64,000 nt of DNA from Zootoca vivipara (taxonomy: Eukaryota). Location of the stretch: positions 41,788,001 through 41,852,000 of the forward strand of contig NC_083281.1 of assembly GCF_963506605.1 (NCBI RefSeq), written 5' to 3'. A program made the translations under genes and the position numbers. Under the pieces are notes generated by a model that saw only the letters and a list, made by a program, of their open reading frames with translations, searched no databases and was not told where the DNA came from. The number at the start of each line of letters is the position of its first letter. Position 1 is the stretch's first letter. Below, piece by piece: positions 29,220 through 42,600 of the stretch.

Positions 29220-32200
29220 ATGGAGTTTGCGGAGTTGATCAAGACCACCAAGGTGGACCATGTGGTGCTGTCACGTCCAGGACTCCCGTCCGTCAAAGGG
29301 ACACTTTGCATCACCAGTCACCACCTCCTTCTATCTTCCCAGCCGGGGGGAAACGGGGAACAGGGCCAGATTGAGCTGTGGCTTCTTATTCGCAATGTGG
29401 ACGCCATTGAGAAAAGGTGACTGTCTCTCCCACATCATACCTCCCCCACCCCCACCCCCAGCATCATTCGACCGGTTAAGAATCACCGAGGCTCCATATG
29501 CATGAAGTCAAAATGCTGTTGCTTTGCTCCCCGGTTTGTGAACTAACCAAACAAAGCCTTACAGAACCTGAGCAAATCAGAACCCCTTCTACTCCCCCAC
29601 ACCAAGAACAACTTGCAAAGGAGCTGCAGTTTTTAAGAGAAGCATTGCTGAGCCTAAACCCAGATCGAAGTCTTGCAAAGTGACCTCAGTGCAAAACATT
29701 AGCAAATGATGCAAAGCTCTGGGGAGGGTTGTAGCTCAGTGGCAGGACATCTGCTTGGCATGCAGAAGGTCCCAGGTTCAGTTCCCAAAGGACATCTTCA
29801 GGCAAGGCTGGGAAAGACTCCCTGCCTGAAACCCTGCTGCATTTATCATTAAATCTTCCCAATGTCTGGAGCAGGGGTAGGCAACCTAAGGCCCGTGGGC
29901 CAGATGTGGCCCAATCGCCTTCTCAATCCGGCCCACGGACAGTCCAGGAATCAGCGTGTTTTTACATGAGCAGAATGTGTCCTTTTATTTAAAATGCATC
30001 TCTGAGTTATTTGTGGGGCCTGCCTGGTGTTTTTACATGAGTTAATTGGTGTAGACAATCCTGAGTACCAATGGTCTGACTCGGTGTAAGGCTGCTTTTT
30101 ATATTCTTATGTTGTTCCTATCGTGCCCACCTCAGGCTAGTGTCCTGGCTCATGAAGTCACAGACCAATAGAAGCATAGAATTGTATAGTTGTAAGGGAC
30201 CACAGAGGGACACAGGTGGCGCTGTGGTTAAACCACTGAGCCTAGGGCTTGCTGATCAGAAGGTCGGCAGTTCGAATCCCTGTGACGTTGCTTGGTCCCA
30301 GCTCCTGCCAACCTAGCACTTCGAAAGCACGTCAAAATGCAAGTAGATAAATAGGAACCGCTACAGTGGGAAGGTAAACATCGTTTCCGTGTGCTGCTCT
30401 GGTTTGCCAGAAGCGGCTTTGTCATGCTGGCCACATGACCTGGAAGCTGTACGCCGGCTCCCTCAGCCAATAATGTGAGATGAGCATGCAACCCCAGAGT
30501 CGGTCACGACTGGACCTAATGGTCAGGGGTCCCTTTACCTTTACCTTTAAGGGACCACAGGGGTCATCTAGTCCAACCCCCCCGTAATGCAGGACTATTT
30601 TCCCCCAACGTGGGACTTGAACACACAACCCTGATATTAAGACATGCTGCATCAACTGAGCTAATGCTCCAAGGTCCAGTTGCCACCTTTTACCCTGGCT
30701 GTGCTCCGGTGCTCTTTTAACAGCAGCCTAATGTATGGACACTGAGCATGTGCTGTTTGAACTGAGTGTTGGCAAAGAGCCTTGCCTCCCTAATATCTTC
30801 ATCTCAGGCTGCTGTGAAAGGCAGAAGAGCAGGGCTGGGAGAGAAAAGTTGGTAACCCTGCTGGGGTGGCAAGAAGATGCTGGGCCGTCTACCTTGCCAA
30901 ATGACCCCAAAATCAGAACCACATTTGGCTTCTTGTCAGATGAGGATCAAACCAGCAACCGCTGCCCAGACCACCAACCTCTTGCATGCACCTGTGGCAC
31001 AATGCTAACCTCTCCTCTTTCCTTCCTGTGACTCCCCAGCGTTCAGAATCTAAGTTGGTATCAAAGCGCCCGGACTAACGGCTCCCCCCCAGGAACCAGG
31101 TTCGCCTTTTAACTCCATTTCAAGCTGCGAGGCATGGCCGCAGCTTAGAGGCTCAGTGTGTGTCTGCTCCTCAGCTTGCGCTGCTTGCCAAACTGGTGTG
31201 TGGGCTGAAGCAGTCCTAGGCCTCACATTTCCAGAAGACCCGCCTCATGCCTGGAAGATGCCTGCCACTATTTTCTTGAACCCTGTTTGTACAGGGAGAA
31301 ACGCATGCAAGTTACCCTGCCTTTGATTTCTGCACCTACAGCCAGGGCGGGGGGGGGAGGGGGATTGTGCAAGTGGGTGAGAGCACAGGAAGGCATAATC
31401 TGAAGCGGAGCTCCCCAGGACATGTGGAGGAATCACAATGTGTCTCTGAGCATGTGCAGTGTGTCCATCCCTCACCCCTAAGTATCCATTCCCACACCTT
31501 AGTTATTTAATGCTGATTTTATTTATTTTTAAAATTATTTTATTTTATTTATGTTACTGTTTTTTGGGGGGGGGAACGGGGTGGGCAGGTGTGGATTCCC
31601 TGGTCCTGAATGGGGTAACTGTGCCCCTGAAGGACCAGGTGTGCAGCCTGGGAGTCATTTTGGACTCACAGCTGTCTATGGAGGCACAGGTCAATTCTGT
31701 GTCCAGGGCAGCTGTCTATCAGCTCCATCTGGTACGCAGGCTGAGACCCTACCTGCCCGCGGACTGTCTCGCCAGAGTGGTGCATGCTCTGGTTATCTCC
31801 TGCTTGGACTACTGCAATGCGCTCTAAGTGGGGCTACCTTTAAAGGTGACCTGGAAACTGCAACTAATCCAGAATGCGGCAGCTGGACTGGTGACTGGGA
31901 TTGGCCGCTGAGGCCATATACCACCGGTCCTGAAAGACCTACATTGGCTCCCAGTATGTTTCCGAGCACAATTTGAAGTGCTTGTGCTGACCCTTAAAGC
32001 CCTAAATGGCCTCGGCCCAGTATACCTGAAGGAGCGTCTCCACTCCTGTCATTCTGCCCGGACACTGAGGTCCAGCTCCGACGTCCAGCTTCTGGCGGTT
32101 CCCGCACTGTGAGAAGTGAGGTCACAGGGAACCAGGTAGAGGCCCTTCTCAGTAGTGGCGCCCACCCTGTGGAACGCATCAGATGTCAAGGAAATAAACA

Positions 32201-32288
32201 ACTATCTGACTTTTAGAAGACATCTGAAGGCGGCTGCCTAGAGTGGCTGAGGAAACCCAGCTAGATGGGCGGGGGTATAAATAAATGA

Positions 32289-32334
<46 letters not shown>

Positions 32335-33115
32335 TCATTATAACACTGATTTTAACATTGTATTTTAAATTGCTGTAACCTGCCCTGGGACCCTGTGGTG
32401 AAGGGTGGGCAAGAACTTGTAGCAGTAGCAATAATAATAATAATAATAATAATAATGGAGGCTACCTCAATTAGAGGAGAATCCTTCCATCTGCAGACAG
32501 CATAGGAGGTTGCCTTATCCTGAGTCATACAGCTGCTCCATTTAGCTCAGTATTGTTTAGGGCAGCCCACATGGCACCCTCCAGCTGCTGTTGTATTAAT
32601 GTAGATTCGAAAAGACATTTCTGCTCTTTGAGCCAGCTCTCCCCTCTCTGCTTTGCTTTCTGTCTCTCCCAGCAGGCTGCTCATGTGACTTCCTGCCCGT
32701 CTCAAACCCAGAGTGTGCAGCTGATTGGGATTGTGGCCAAAGGCCTCCACACCCACCAAGCTCATTGCTCCTGCCTCTTCTGCTGCAGAGAAGCTCACTG
32801 GGGGTGGGGGGGAGGAAAGTGCCTCTGGATCTTCCCCTGCCCCTATTCACTGCCCTTTTATTTCATTTCCCCCTGCAGGCTTGCAAACGCTTCGGGCACC
32901 ATCACGCTCAAATGCAAAGACTTGAAAATTCTGCAGCTGGAGATCCCTGGGATGGAAGAGTGTCTTAACATCGCCAGCTCCATTGAGGTGAACAACATGC
33001 CCATCCCATGTAGCTTTATCTGAACTCAGGTGTAGATAAATGCCCTCTGAACATGCACAGAGTGCCTGTCATTGTCACAGCCAGCCCACAAATTCCTTGA
33101 GAAAAGGTGGCAGGG

Positions 33116-33156
<41 letters not shown>

Positions 33157-33733
33157 TTATTCCCCGCCCATCTGGATGGTCCCTTCTGCCTCTGCACCCC
33201 CTCCAATGGTAGTTTAAATTACCTTGGCCTTTGAGGGAAGGAAAAGCACTTTGTGGTAGCTCAAAATGACAACTAAAGGGCAGGATGAGTAACTGAGGTT
33301 CCCCTTCTCTTCCTCAAATCATAACAGGAAGGCAAAGACGTAAGTTAAATTCTGGTTCTATTTTTTAAAAAAATCTCTGTGAGTTTGGAAGGGCCAGGTT
33401 GAGCCTGTCAGTAACCTGAATCTAGACTGCTATGGTGGCCCGCAGCCAGGATTCCTCACCTGGGGTTGCTAGCTTGAGTGGCCTACTCTCTGTCGACCAG
33501 CCGAAGGGGGCGGGAGGCTTTGCTAGACCAGACCTATCCCCTCCAGAAAAGCAGATATCAATGGTGCATGTGTATGCATGATGTATACCAGCCTTCTTCA
33601 ACCAGGTGCTCTCCAGATGTTTTGGACTACAACTTCCATCGATAACGCAGTGATTGTGTTTGTAGCCAGAAATATCTGGAAGTGCTGACTTGGGCTGACC
33701 TGTCATTCAAAACATCTGCAGAGCCCTAGGCAC

Positions 33734-33768
<35 letters not shown>

Positions 33769-35579
33769 GACACACATTGGCCCAGTGCACATGTCACTGT
33801 AAACCATGGTTAATGGTTAGTCATGCATGCACTAAGCTGGGCTGTTGTGCACTTCCCCAGTCACACTTAGGAGAAACAAATGATCCCCGGCTTAGCATAG
33901 TTTCAGCCCCAAACTAGTAATCCAAGAACAAACCATTTCACTGTCAAATAGCTCTTAACACTTATAAGCTCTTACCACTTCTTGAAATTTGGATCCATTG
34001 TTTCAGATCCTTCCCTCTGGAGCAGCAGAAAACAAGCTTGCTCCATCTTCCATGGAACAGCCCTTCAGATATTTGAAGATACCGTATTTTTTCGTGTATA
34101 ACACGCTGCCCCCTATTTTGGGGGACTCGAAGTTAAGAAAATGGGGGGGGGGGGTTGACCAGAATTGTTGAGCTTTTTTGGGGAGGGTTGCTTGGAGTTG
34201 TTGAGGGGTTTTTTTGGGGAGGGGTGCCCACACATGTTTAGCTTGGGGGTGGGTGGGGAGATTGCCGGAAATCACTCACCATAATGACTGGCGCCAACTG
34301 GCACCAACGGTCGTCCTCATGATTGGTGCACCAGTAGCCAATCAACAGCAGCCCTTGACACAGCCAACAAACAGCCGCGGCTACAACCAAATTGCCCACC
34401 ACCCCTCAGCACTACCCATGTATAAGACGACCCCAAATTTTTAACATGGTTTTGGGGTAAAAAAACCTACCTAGTCTTATACAAGGAAAAATAATGTATT
34501 TGACAACCTCTCAGTTGTCTCTTCTCCAGGCTAAACATACCCAACTCCCACAGATTAGGGATCAGCAGCTGCTTGCCCTCTGCCCAAAATCCAGCTTCAT
34601 GAACAATGCATGGAGCCAACCCAAATGGGAAAAGAGAAACCAAGGCAATAGGATTTGGCTGGAGGCTATTCTGCCCAGGATTGGGAGAAGTGACTTGCCC
34701 CCCACCATTCTCTGTCCCCTTTATCAACCTGGGTCTCTGGTGAGGCCAGTTGCCGACCAGCATGCAGCTGCCACTATCTTCTACCCCCCCCCCCACACAA
34801 AGGACTTGACTGGCAGTATTGCCAGTCAACACAAATTACCCATTTTTATAACAGCAACTTTTATTTGTTGCATTTTTTCCAGGGACCCCAGGGCAGCTTA
34901 TGTTGCTTTCCCCAGCCCACAACCCTTTTTATTCCCAGAACATATGACAAGCTCCAGGTCACTGACTCACGGCCACGCGTCAGATTTGGAACCCAGGTCC
35001 AGTCTCATGCTGTGACCACAGAGGACCCCGTTGATAGGAAAGGGGGAAACTTGCACCTCCCAGGCACATACCTGAGTTGCTCCCATATGGGGGGGCAGCT
35101 TTGCCTTGCGCACACTGGCCTTAGAAGCACCCAGAAGTGACTGGGGGGTGTCACAAGACTGGCTGACCTGGCTTGCATCCCACAGGCAGCACAGGAAGGC
35201 TCTCTGGCTCTTTGGCAAGGGCTGCTGCTGGCCTGTTTATTTGTCCGTCGCTAACCCGCTAGCACAGGCAGCTTCTGTTCGCCTCGGGATTTCCTTGTTG
35301 GAAGGCAAACAATACCGAGAGGTGGAAAAGCATGAAAAAGATCCAAGTTATTTTTCCACATCAGGCACCATTAACCCTTCCAGAGGGATGTCCCTGAGCA
35401 GCAAGGCAGCGATGGCAGGAAAGGTCATCACTTCCCCAGGATCCAGTTCTGAGAAGCTGAGAGACAATTCAGAATGTCATACGAGATGCACTCAAGGCCA
35501 CCAATGCTGCCTTGACTGCCCTACGGCATAGAGTTGGGTGGCTGGGCAATGCAAAACACTAACACCCAGACACACACCC

Positions 35580-35628
<49 letters not shown>

Positions 35629-36628
35629 TTGCAGTATTTCCCTCTCTGGCTTCTGACATGCTTGCCCATAGGGTTCCAAGCATCTCTTTGCAGCCATAAG
35701 GACTATAAACTTTTTTTAAAAAAGAGCAAAAGCTGACACCCTGATGCATCAGCCCAGCCTTACTCTATCGTTAACAGCACCGAATAGAAAAAGGGTAGGG
35801 AAATAGCCTGCAAGATAAGGAGAGGGTGCTTTGGTGCAGGAGAACACACCCACCCACCTGACCATTTTACCTGCACAGACCCCTGGCTGCTGCAACTCAC
35901 CAGGCTCAGGGCTTTCAAATTATTATTATTATTTCTAAAATTTATACACCGCTTGATTGTTTAGAAACCCTCAAAGCGGTTTACAAAAATAATTCTAGAC
36001 ACTGGAGATGTTTTAAGTCTGTGCCGCTCCCTCTTCCCTATGGTTGGCAGAGCCAGAGCCCCTTAAGCAGGTTATTTAGGTAAGTGGCAGCGGGTGGGGT
36101 GGGGGGCTGCCAGTTCAAAAAGACACAATTGGTCTCGGCCAGCCTTCACCAACCTGGTGCCATCTACATGTTTTGCACTACAACTGCCGTGAGCCTCATG
36201 CTGGCTGGGGCTGATGGGAGCTGCAATCTGAAACATCTGGAGGCCTCCAGACCGGTGAAGGCTAGGTGTGGGGAAAGCTCCTGGGGATGATCCACCGCCC
36301 TTGTTCTCTTGCAGGCCCTCTCCTCCGTGGAGTCGGTGATGATGACGTACCCCTTCTTCTACAGACCACAGAACATGAAGCTGGAAGACGGGTGGGGGCT
36401 GCACCGCCTTGAGGAATTCTTCCAGCAAATAGCTGCAGATGTGAGTCACGAGGGGCTGTGGTTTTGCAGAGGCAGAGAAAAGCAGGGGTGATGGCTGTGG
36501 GGGGGGCAACTTCCCTCCATGTCCAAAGGAGTAGCACCCCTTCGCTCCCTGCCAGCCTTGCAGTTAGTCTGGACCTCAAGCCATATTGCCCAGAGAAGGG
36601 CAGGAGTCTGCCGCAGAAGACAAGCACA

Positions 36629-36666
<38 letters not shown>

Positions 36667-39600
36667 ATTCACCCTGGCACCCATCGAAATGTCTCCTCTT
36701 CCCCCAGGGCAGGGCAAGCAATCCCACCCTATAGCCAACTCTTGACCTGAACTGCCCTATCCCCTTATCCCATAAAGGGTGGTGGGACATTTGGTCCCTG
36801 GAGGGGACACCCAACTGGATGACAGCATCAAAAGAAACAGTATTCTACTTGCCACTGGACTTGACAATTTCCAGATAAAATTTCCTCCCCCCCCTTCAAA
36901 TATCATTTTCATTTTCATTTTCATTTTACACTTGAAACAATAACATTTCAAATAAAAGAAATGCGCAATTAATATTGACTCCCCTTCACCCCCCCCCCTT
37001 TCCATGGTGCATTTTATTACTTTCTTATCCATTACATAATTCTAATTTCTCGCTATATCTTTTTTCTACTTGCTACTGGCCTTGACAATTTCTGAATAAA
37101 ACTTCCATTTCAAAAAATGACCAACTACACAGGGTATATAGAATCTACCTTAAAAATTGCATATAATCATTTATTTTATCTACATCTGATTAAACCCCTG
37201 ATTAAATGTAACACTTTTTTTTAAGGCTGGTATTATAACAAGGAGTCCTCCAATTTAACTGCCCCAATCCTTTCCTTTGGCCTGAAGTTTCCTTGCAGTT
37301 TAAAGAAAACCGCATTAACTAAAATGCATGGTGGGTGGGGCTATATAACACCACACACACACCCCAACCTGCCACTGTGGGGTTGGCAGACACACACCAA
37401 AGACGATGGGGAGGCTGAGGGAGGAGCTCAGTGCCAATCTACTGGGCTGCTTCTGGCTTAAGGGCAGCAGTTCCAGACCTCTGCCTTGCAGGCTACAGGA
37501 AACAATCTGACGTTGACCCACTTCCCAGACAGGTGCCTGGAGGCTCAGCTATGTCAATGAGGATTTTGGGGCCTGCTCCAGCTACCCGCCCGTTGTCGTC
37601 GTGCCAACCAAAGTGGAGGAGGGAGCCCTGAGAGAGAGTGCCCGTTTCCGTCATGGGGGACGATTCCCCATCCTCAGCTATTACCACAAAAAGAATGGGA
37701 CTGTGAGTCCACCTTCATTTCCAGTGTCTCTTTCCTGCACCCGTCTTCCCACAGACCACACACTCCTAGTCTCCTGTGTTATTCTGCGGTGGCTGGTGGT
37801 GGTGGCAGAGCTTCAGAAAACAAGCTTGCCTGTTTTGTCTGAAGCTGAGCAAGTTATGCAAAAAAAATAAAATAAATCACTTATTTGGTAAATTAGTAAG
37901 CTGCCCTTCGGAGCAAGAATTAGGCAAGAAATGGTGCAATGTGAACTTGCATAACTGATGCACAGTTGTTATCTGTCGTGCAGTTACATTAGGAAGCTCC
38001 CTTGCCATGAGCCAAACCACTGGTCTAGCGAAAATAGTCCACTGCTCAATTATGTTCAGGGAAAGAACACAGGAAGAGTGCCTGATGCAAAGTCTAGCCA
38101 GTCCAGCAGCTCTCTGGGGTTTCAGATAGGGGTGCCCTTTCCCAGCCCCATCAGAGGACTGAACCTGAACCTTTTGCATGAAAGCAAAAAGACTACCCCT
38201 TAAAAAAGATACTGTGGCATTTGAAAAGGTTCAGAAATGATCAAGGAGGGGATGGAGAGCCTGCCCTGTGGAGAAAGGTTGCAGCGGGTGGGACTTTCCA
38301 GTAAGAGGCGACATGATAGGGATTTATATAATTCTGCATGGTATGGAGAAAGTGGGAAGAGAAAAACTTTCCCTTCTCTCTCATAACACTAGAACTTGCG
38401 AAGTTGAATGTGAGAAGATTCAGGACAGACAAAAGGAACTCCCTTCAAGCAGCTATGAAGCTATGGAACACACTCCCCCAGGAGGCAGTGAGGGCCACCA
38501 ACTTGGCTGGACAAATTAATGGAGGCCATGGCTATCAATGGCTACTAGCCGTCATGGCTGTGCTCTGCCTCCACAGCCAGAGGCAGAAATGCTTCTAAAT
38601 GCCAGTTCCTGGAAACCGCAGAAGGGGGGAGAGCACTCTTGTGGTTGGGTCCTGCTTGTGGGTTTTTCGTTGGGGCACCTGGTCAACCACTGTGAGAACA
38701 GGATGCCAGGCTAGATGGGCCAACGGGCTCTTTTTCTGCACTTTACTACTGAGCTTGAGCCACCCCTGTTGCAAAGGATATTATTAACATTATTATTACT
38801 TCATGAAATTTATACACCGCTTGATTGTAAAAGCAAAACAAAACTCAGAGTTGTTTACAAAAAAATAAAATAAAATCATCAGTGAGAAAAATTAACAGCA
38901 AGACTTTCAGAAAGCTAAAAGAGCAATAGTCTAAAAACAGATGAGAAAGGATTGACTCCTTTGGCCCCTATGGCAGCGTTCCTGCAGGGATTTGCAACGA
39001 ACGATCACGGCAGGGGAAGAGAGCTCCGGTGCTGCCACAGAGGCCCCCTCACCCCCCACCTGCCCATCCTTCTCATGTTGCTTTGGCAGGTGATGCTCCG
39101 CAGCAGTCAACCCCTGGTGGGGCCCAACCGGAAGCGCTGCCAGAAGGATGAGCTGCTGCTGCATGCTGTGCTGGCAGGGGGGGACCGTGGCTTCGTCCTG
39201 GAGACCAGGTCAGCGCAGGCAGCCAAGCAGGCAAGGATGCTGGGGGGAGGCACAGAGCACCGGAGTGCCTATCCTGGTTGGAAGAGATTTCACCGGCCTC
39301 TGGAGAGGTGAGCATGCTTTCAGGGCCCCAGAAATGAAATGGAGAAGTAGTTAACTAGAGCTCAACCGTCTAGCTCAGTGAGTGGCTTTGGGCTGGTGAC
39401 CGTCTCTCTCAGTCTAACCTACATCCCAGGGTGGTTGTGAGGATAAAACAGGGAAGGGGGAACCACATTTGTATAAACTCCCTGCAGGAAAGGTGGGGTA
39501 TGAATGTGAGAAATAAAACAATGAGCAGGGCACACCAGGGCACAAATGGAATGGAAAACCGATTTTAAAAGAAAAGCCGATTTTAAAAGAAAAAGTCCAA

Positions 39601-42600
39601 AGGAGAATAAGCAGAGCTGGGTGTGGTCTGTGCTTATGTGGCTCTGTCTACTTTGCAGGCATCACCTGGTTTACAGGTAATTTCTTCTGCTGAGATAGTA
39701 CAGGAAATATCACTCTGATGATGGTCCTGGGATCAAACTACATTTCTCCAGATCCCAGACTATTTTCTTTTCTTTTATTCTTTCATATCAGCAATTTTTA
39801 AAATACAATTTTACCAGTACCTACTCCCTCAAGGCTCCATCTATAACCAAACAGGTTAATAGCTCAAAAAGTAAAAGGCGGCTGTGTTGGTGCTTAATTC
39901 TCCTCCTGTATCAAATTCGCAAAAAAAAAACAAAAAAAACTGCCATTTGCTCCGATTCAGCAGTAGAGCACAGGTTTTCCTGGGGAAAGTGCAGGGATAA
40001 AAAACAACAATACTCAGACATGGAGCTTTAAAAACACGGCGAAAAAAGGAAGTAGGGATGAGCAGATGCATCCATCCTCCGATTGTGGAAGGAGAATGTA
40101 GCTTTCATGGCTAGTAGCCACCGAATGGCTTATCCTCCACATTTTGACCAAGTCTCCTTCTCTCTCTCTTTGCTCCTTCCCTGCCAACCCCCTCCCCCCT
40201 CCCACAGGGGTCGTCCCCTCCAAGAGAGCTTCATCAAGCTGGTGGAGGCTTGCAACGACCCGTCCCACAACATGGACCGCTGGCTGAGCAAGCTTGAAGC
40301 CTCCAAATGGCTGTACCATGTCAAGGAAGCCCTGAGCACCGCCTGCCTTGCGGCCCAGTGCATGGACAGGTAGTGATGCAGGCAGGGAGACCCAGACACC
40401 TCCCTCTATCCCATCCTCTGCAGCAGGCTGGGTTGACACGGGCTCAGGTGAACTCTGCAGAGGCAGGTGTAGAATAGACTAGAAAGGGGGATTAGAAAGG
40501 AGGGGTGAGAAGACAGTAGGAAAAGTCCCTTGAGCAGGACCACATTTCTGTTGGGCTGCGCAGGGTGGTGCCAAGCTACTGGGCATTCTGCGGCTTGCTT
40601 ACAGGGAGGAGGCCTGCGTCTTGGTGCACGGAGCCGAAGGGACAGACACAACCTTGCTGGTGACAGCCCTTGCCCAGGTCATCCTGGATCCCAACTGCAG
40701 GACACTCGCCGGGTTCCAGGGGCTGCTGGAACGGGAGTGGATACAGGTACCGGTACCTGCGGCGGGTGGGGCTTCAAGTGCCAGGTCTCAGTATGAAGGG
40801 TGCCCTGCTGCCCTGCATCTTCAGATCCTATGGGGTTATCCTCAGTGCACCCTTTATCTCTGGCTTTACGTACTGACTTGTTATAAACCAGCCTTTTCCA
40901 TAGAGGATAAGGCTACCATTAGCTCCTAATTGTGAAGGCTATACGGTAGCCTTGAGCAGATCTTTCTATATGGTGGGTCTTTGCCAGGGCAGTCTACAAC
41001 TCCCATCAGCCCCAGAGAGCATGGCTGTATGATGCTGGGGTTGAGGGGAACTAGGCCGTGTTAGCAGGGCCTGATGGGAGTTGTAGTCCAAAATTATCTG
41101 GAGTCCACCAGATTGGTGAAAGGCTGTTAAAAGCCATTCAAGCAAGCCTGTGTGCTAGAGGTATGTGTGGCCATCACACACATGTACATTCATGTGTGCA
41201 TGTGATTGTGCATGCACACAGGAGGCCATAAGGACTAGCAATGCCCTTTTTATGTTCCCACCTGCCCACTGCTCCTTGCTCCTCCTAGGCTGGGCATCCG
41301 TTCTGCCTCCGCTGCGCCCACTCGGCCTACTCCCACGTCCGTCTCAAGCATGAGGCGCCCACCTTCCTCCTCTTCCTTGACTGCGTCTGGCAACTGGGGC
41401 GCCAGTTTCCCTTATCGCTGGAGTTCAACGAGGGCTTCCTCTTGGCGCTCTTCGAGCACAGCTACGCGTCTCCCTATGGCACCTTCCTGTGCAACAATGA
41501 GAAAGAAAGGTGAGGCAAAAGTTGGGAGAGCGATACTGAGACTTGAGGCAAAGAGGCTTGGCAGCGGGGGAGGCATCAAACAGCTTGACCAGGTCTTCAA
41601 AATGTCATCCAATGATTTGAACTGGGTCTTTGCGCTTTTATAGGCAGCTGCCCTATAGAGTCAGATCACTAGCTTATCTAACTCAGTCCTCTCCACACCA
41701 GAGGTGGGGAACTGGATCCAGCCAGCCAACCAGATCCTTAAATCTCCACCAGTGGGCAGGATCCCAGTGATTGTCAGGGCTTCAAACCATAGAGCTGGGA
41801 GCCGATGGTTGGTTTCCTGTGCCCTGGGCTTTGCTGGCCTGCAAGCCCCTCTTTGGCCCAGTGGCATCCTTATTTTTATAGGGGCAGGTGGGCAAGGCTT
41901 GGTTGAAATGGCCACACAAGCCAAATGGGGAGGCTGGCAGGCCTACTCTGACTGGCAGCAGCTTGCCACGGTTTCAGGCAGGGGTCTTGCCCAGCTGTGC
42001 CTTGAGATGCCATTGACTGAACAGGGGACCCTCTACATGCAAAGTAGACCTTCTGCCACTAAGCTATGGCCCCACACTGCCAGAAAGTATGCAGGTTTCC
42101 TGCTCCTGAACTGCGACTCCTCCAATCTAACGGCAGTCAGGGCAAGGAGAGAAATGGATGGCAACAGCTCAAGTGTTCATAGGAAGCTCACACAATCAAA
42201 AAGCCCATGGGACATTCCAATGCAACTCTTGCATTGTTACCGGTACTGGCTCTTATAAATTACAGCGCCACATGGTGGAGGTGAAGAGCAGGAAAGGCAG
42301 AACTTCTGCACCATGGTAAAGGTAAAGGGACCCCTGACCATTAGGTCCAGTCGTGACTGACTCTGGGGTTGCGGGACTCATCTCGTGTTATTGGCCAAGG
42401 GAGCCGGCGTACAGTTTCCAGGTCATGTGGCCAGCATGACAAAGCCGCTTCTGGCGAACGGCGTTTACCTTCCTGCTGTAGCGGTACCTATTTATCTACT
42501 TGCACTTTGATGTGCTTTTGAACTGCTAGGTGGGCAGGAGTTGGGACCGAGCAACGGGAGCTCACTCCGTCGCAGGGATTCGAACAGCCGACCTTCTGAT

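Noticed and set aside
29722-29790. tRNA gene
   Set aside because: A/B boxes present but no intact cloverleaf, and a SINE body follows; multiple decayed copies
41704-42258. 184-aa ORF, the longest in the track
   Set aside because: Intronic, GTG start, overlaps SINE remnants, no recognisable domain
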